24,000 bases of DNA from the NCBI GenBank assembly GCA_021813435.1, contig JAKAKR010000013.1, positions 67,494 to 91,493 on the forward strand, written 5' to 3'. Both the position numbers and the translations under genes were made by a program. The notes under the pieces were generated by a model. That model was not told the DNA's origin. It made no database searches and was given only the letters and a program-made list of their open reading frames with translations. The DNA is from Nanobdellota archaeon. GTDB lineage: Archaea; Nanobdellota; Nanobdellia; Woesearchaeales; UBA9642. Positions 21,601-24,000 of the stretch are shown piece by piece. How positions within the stretch are numbered: position 1 is the stretch's first letter; every line of letters starts with the position of its first letter.

Positions 21601-22192
21601 TATCGGCGCAGTCAATATGCGCGCGCTTGAGATCTATGAAAAGATCGAGACAGAGTACAAGTCATTCATTGAAAAGAAGGAGAAGATCCTCAAGGAACGT
21701 GAGGATGTCCTGGTCATGATCAATGAGATTGATGCGAAAAAGCGCGAGTTATTCATGAAGACCTATGAGATCCTTGACCATAATTTCAAGGTCATATTCT
21801 CTGCATTATCAACCAAAGGCGAGGCATCGCTTGAGCTTGAGGACAAGAATGATCCGTTCAATGGCGGACTCCTCCTCAAGGTCCGCATCACAGGAACAAA
21901 ATTCCTCGATATCAAATCGCTCTCTGGCGGGGAGAAGACCATGGCTGCGCTCGCATTCATCTTTGCAGTCCAGGAATATGATCCTGCGCCATTCTACATC
22001 TTTGATGAGGTCGATGCAGCGCTTGACAAAAAGAATTCTGAACAGTTGTCTGCCTTGATCAGAAATTATGCAAAGAAGGCGCAATATATCATCATCAGCC
22101 ATAATGATGCAGTGATTTCAGAGGCAGATAATCTTTTTGGGGTTTCTATGAACGAGTTCGGGATTTCTAAGATCACGAGCCTGAAGATATAA
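18641..22192 (+). CDS. smc: Chromosome segregation protein SMC
   Basis: Walker A [9 protein letters not shown]; long Lys/Glu-rich coiled coils; hinge [10 protein letters not shown]...[44 protein letters not shown]; signature LSGGEKT; Walker B [12 protein letters not shown]. Start chosen at ATG 18641 ([19 protein letters not shown]). Confidence 0.95.
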   Translation: [1183 protein letters not shown]

Positions 22193-22208
22193 TCCATTAT
22201 TCCCGTTC

Positions 22209-22215
22209 TTTTTTT
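22209..22215 (+). terminator. Oligo-T tract after smc
   Basis: ttttttt begins 17 nt after the smc stop codon. Confidence 0.45.
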
Positions 22216-22238
22216 CAATATGACTTAGTCTACTGATA

Positions 22239-22577
22239 TCATATCGTTTTATCATTGGGTTCATCGAATGCTGAAAATAATTCCTTCTCATTCTTGTATT
22301 TTTCTATAGAATAATGTTTAGTTTCTAATAATTCAATAAATCTCAAATAGAAATATCTCCCATTCTCATACGGTTGTATGGGATGACGCTTTTTTAAGAT
22401 TTTTTCAAAACGTAATTTTATTGTATCTGCGTCTTCTCTTGTTAAATTCTTTGCAACAATATTTGACTCTGAATACTCATACCGGTTACATTCTGAATGG
22501 CTATAAATACATTCTTTTATGGCGTACTTGACTTTTGTATCTAGATCCTCTCTCCTTTTTGATTTAGTTGGTTTCAT
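22239..22577 (-). CDS. Hypothetical small basic protein (about 112 aa), AT-rich ORFan
   Basis: The ORF MKPTKSKRREDLDTKVKYAIKECIYSHSECNRYEY...ENGRYFYLRFIELLETKHYSIEKYK has no recognisable family. Start is ATG 22577 or GTG 22589. TATA-like tattatag lies about 22-28 nt upstream. Confidence 0.5.
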   Translation of the reverse strand: MKPTKSKRREDLDTKVKYAIKECIYSHSECNRYEYSESNIVAKNLTREDADTIKLRFEKILKKRHPIQPYENGRYFYLRFIELLETKHYSIEKYKNEKELFSAFDEPNDKTI

Positions 22578-22641
22578 GTTCTTACTCACAATTTTTCTCT
22601 ATAATACTATTAAGTCGTGGTATAAATATTTAAAATCTTGC

Positions 22642-22659
22642 TGTCGAAAACCTTCGACA
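22642..22659. promoter_or_regulatory. Palindrome TGTCGAA-N4-TTCGACA in the divergent ORFan / TrmB intergenic region
   Basis: Perfect 7-bp arms read directly. It lies between the divergent promoters and is a candidate operator. Confidence 0.5.
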
Positions 22660-22670
22660 AAATAATAACA

Positions 22671-22678
22671 TTTATATA
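22671..22678 (+). promoter_or_regulatory. TATA box for TrmB paralog 2
   Basis: tttatata lies 22-29 nt upstream of the ATG at 22700. Confidence 0.6.
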
Positions 22679-22699
22679 GTCCAAACAATAAGTTCAAGC

Positions 22700-23434
22700 A
22701 TGCAGTACGAAGAAGAACTCCGCAAGTATGGCCTCTCAGAAAAAGAGGCAAAAGTATATTTAGCACTCCTCAAAAAAGGGCCATCAACAGTGAACGAAAT
22801 TGCAGAATCAGCAGATCTTGTAAGAACCACGACATACGACATCCTCAAGATACTGCGTGAAGAAGGAATTGTGGCATCAATGACCAAAAATAATATTCGA
22901 TATTTTGAAGCATCGGATCCTGAAAAATTACTCCAGATTCTCGACGAACAAAAAAAACATGTTGAGGAGATTCTCCCAAAATTGCGACAACTCAAAAAAG
23001 AAGATTCTCCGAAATCACGCGCAGAGATATTTGAAGGAAAGCATGGAGTTAAAACAGTGTTTCAAGCATTGCTCGACAACAAGGAGCCGCTCTATGCATA
23101 TACAAACAATAAATTCATGGTTGATCTCCTTCCGAGTTATGCGCCGCGGTTTATTCAGGAACGGGTCAAACAGCGTATACCAATCAAGATTATTAGTGAA
23201 CCATCACAGACCACAACAACATTACTCAAGAATAAAGATAGTAAAGAATTTCGCGAAACAAGAACATTAAAAGAATTTAAAAAAATACCAATTAATGAGT
23301 ATATTTCAGGCGATATGGTCACTATCCTTGGATCACGCACCGACGAACCTATCGGCATCATTATCTACAATAAAGATTTTGCTGGCGAACAGCGCATCCT
23401 ATTCGAGAAACTTTGGTCTATTGCAGAGAAATAA
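22700..23434 (+). CDS. TrmB-family transcriptional regulator (paralog 2)
   Basis: LRKYGLSEKEAKVYLALLKKGPSTVNEIAESADLVRTTTYDILKILREEGIV...ASDPEKL is the TrmB wHTH, followed by a C-terminal domain. It is the same length (244 aa) as paralog 1. Confidence 0.85.
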   Translation: MQYEEELRKYGLSEKEAKVYLALLKKGPSTVNEIAESADLVRTTTYDILKILREEGIVASMTKNNIRYFEASDPEKLLQILDEQKKHVEEILPKLRQLKKEDSPKSRAEIFEGKHGVKTVFQALLDNKEPLYAYTNNKFMVDLLPSYAPRFIQERVKQRIPIKIISEPSQTTTTLLKNKDSKEFRETRTLKEFKKIPINEYISGDMVTILGSRTDEPIGIIIYNKDFAGEQRILFEKLWSIAEK

Positions 23435-23442
23435 TACTCTAT

Positions 23443-24000
23443 CTATCTCTTCCCAATGCTATTTAGTGCCTCATCTATTCCTTGCGCAGTCGTATCCCAG
23501 GAGAATTTTTCGACCACTGTCCGGCGCGCCATTTCACCAAGTTTGAAGCGCAGCGTGGGATCAGCGATCAGGCGCTCGACCTGGCGTGCAAGATGATAGG
23601 GATTCTGTTTTTCAAAGAACAACCCATTCACATTGTTGCGGATATAGTTTCTGATGAATCCCACTTCTGTCGATACTGCAGGGAGCCCGCAGGACATTGC
23701 CTCAAGCATGGAAAGGCAAGTCGTTTCTGTAAGCGAGGAGAGGCAGTAGATATCCATGATCTGCAAGTAGGGCACTGGATTGTTCTTGCTGCCGACAAGC
23801 CAGACATTGTTTCGTGATGCAAGCTGTCTTTTGATTTTTTCTACACCATCGCCGACAATCAATAGTTTTGTCTGCGGATACTTGAGTTGGACTCTGGTGA
23901 ATGCACGCAGGATAGTGATGAGATCTTTTTCATGGCTGATGCGCCCATGATAGCCGATGATGATATCTTCTGCATGAAACCCCAGCTCTTTTCTGATCTC
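23443..24000 (-). CDS. GT-B fold glycosyltransferase (GT1/GT4-like); the N-terminal end runs off the right window edge
   Basis: The track ORF starts at a TTG, but the frame stays open to position 24000. Hand translation upstream gives EIRKELGFHAEDIIIGYHGRISHEKDLITILRAFTRVQLKYPQTKLLIVGDGVEK. The E-x7-E region follows: SSLTETTCLSMLEAMSCGLPAVSTEVG. Confidence 0.85.
   Translation of the reverse strand, partial: EIRKELGFHAEDIIIGYHGRISHEKDLITILRAFTRVQLKYPQTKLLIVGDGVEKIKRQLASRNNVWLVGSKNNPVPYLQIMDIYCLSSLTETTCLSMLEAMSCGLPAVSTEVGFIRNYIRNNVNGLFFEKQNPYHLARQVERLIADPTLRFKLGEMARRTVVEKFSWDTTAQGIDEALNSIGKR

Noticed and set aside
19327-21615. Long reverse-strand ORFs inside smc (246 aa at 19327-20067, 331 aa at 20620-21615, and several smaller ones)
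   Set aside because: They are low-complexity Ser/Leu/Phe/Ile-rich translations. They are the antisense image of the Lys/Glu/Leu-rich coiled-coil codons (GAA/AAG/CTT), which rarely produce stops on the opposite strand. They have no promoter, SD or recognisable motif.
16067-22192. ORFan operon plus SMC as a Wadjet/Lamassu-type SMC-based defence system
   Set aside because: The SMC here is a canonical full-length condensin-type protein with a standard hinge and its own promoter. It is on the opposite strand from the ORFans and is separated from them by a regulator gene. There are no kleisin, KITE or Toprim-nuclease partners.
1-24000. CRISPR arrays, rRNA genes, transposases/IS elements
   Set aside because: The only tandem repeats (16 bp x3 at 1429, 13 bp x2 at 14295) are far too short and lack spacers. 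I recognised no rRNA-like conserved stretch and no transposase or integrase motif in any frame.

Overview
The window is archaeal. Evidence: an archaeal/eukaryotic-type uS7, two intron-containing tRNA genes, an initiator tRNA with A1:U72, two TrmB regulators, a PIN-PilT-KH ATPase, and TTTATATA-like TATA boxes about 20-30 nt upstream of most start codons. Gene order is scrambled and genes are compact, which fits a small DPANN-like genome, but that placement is only a guess. I support about 29 genes. On the housekeeping backbone: a partial MFS transporter missing from the ORF track, uS7, an MGMT-domain/DUF5680/DJ-1 operon, the PIN-PilT-KH ATPase, a transglutaminase-like surface protein, two SAM methyltransferases, Dus, RNase HII, a PsiE-like protein, SMC and a partial GT-B glycosyltransferase. 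Four visibly AT-rich inserts interrupt this backbone. (1) 7997-9462, 3' of tRNA-Ser, holds a DUF302 gene with an in-frame TGA (also missing from the ORF track), a C2H2-TM-cupredoxin fusion, and a decayed wHTH regulator that still has its operator palindromes. (2) 10448-11280, 3' of the initiator tRNA, holds a free-standing double-motif LAGLIDADG endonuclease. (3) 16067-17848 holds an SD-coupled two-gene ORFan operon divergent from a TrmB regulator. (4) 22239-22699 holds a single ORFan divergent from a second TrmB regulator. The best leads are: the TrmB-linked ORFan operon, as a candidate uncharacterised accessory or defence system; a clear Mpv17/PMP22-family (eukaryote-type) membrane protein preceded by a MraZ-like double-AbrB protein; a non-canonical T-arm intron in tRNA-iMet next to the LAGLIDADG gene; and an unexplained GC-rich 22-bp-arm inverted repeat in a divergent intergenic region. 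All functional calls rest on motif recognition by eye. No database search was run.
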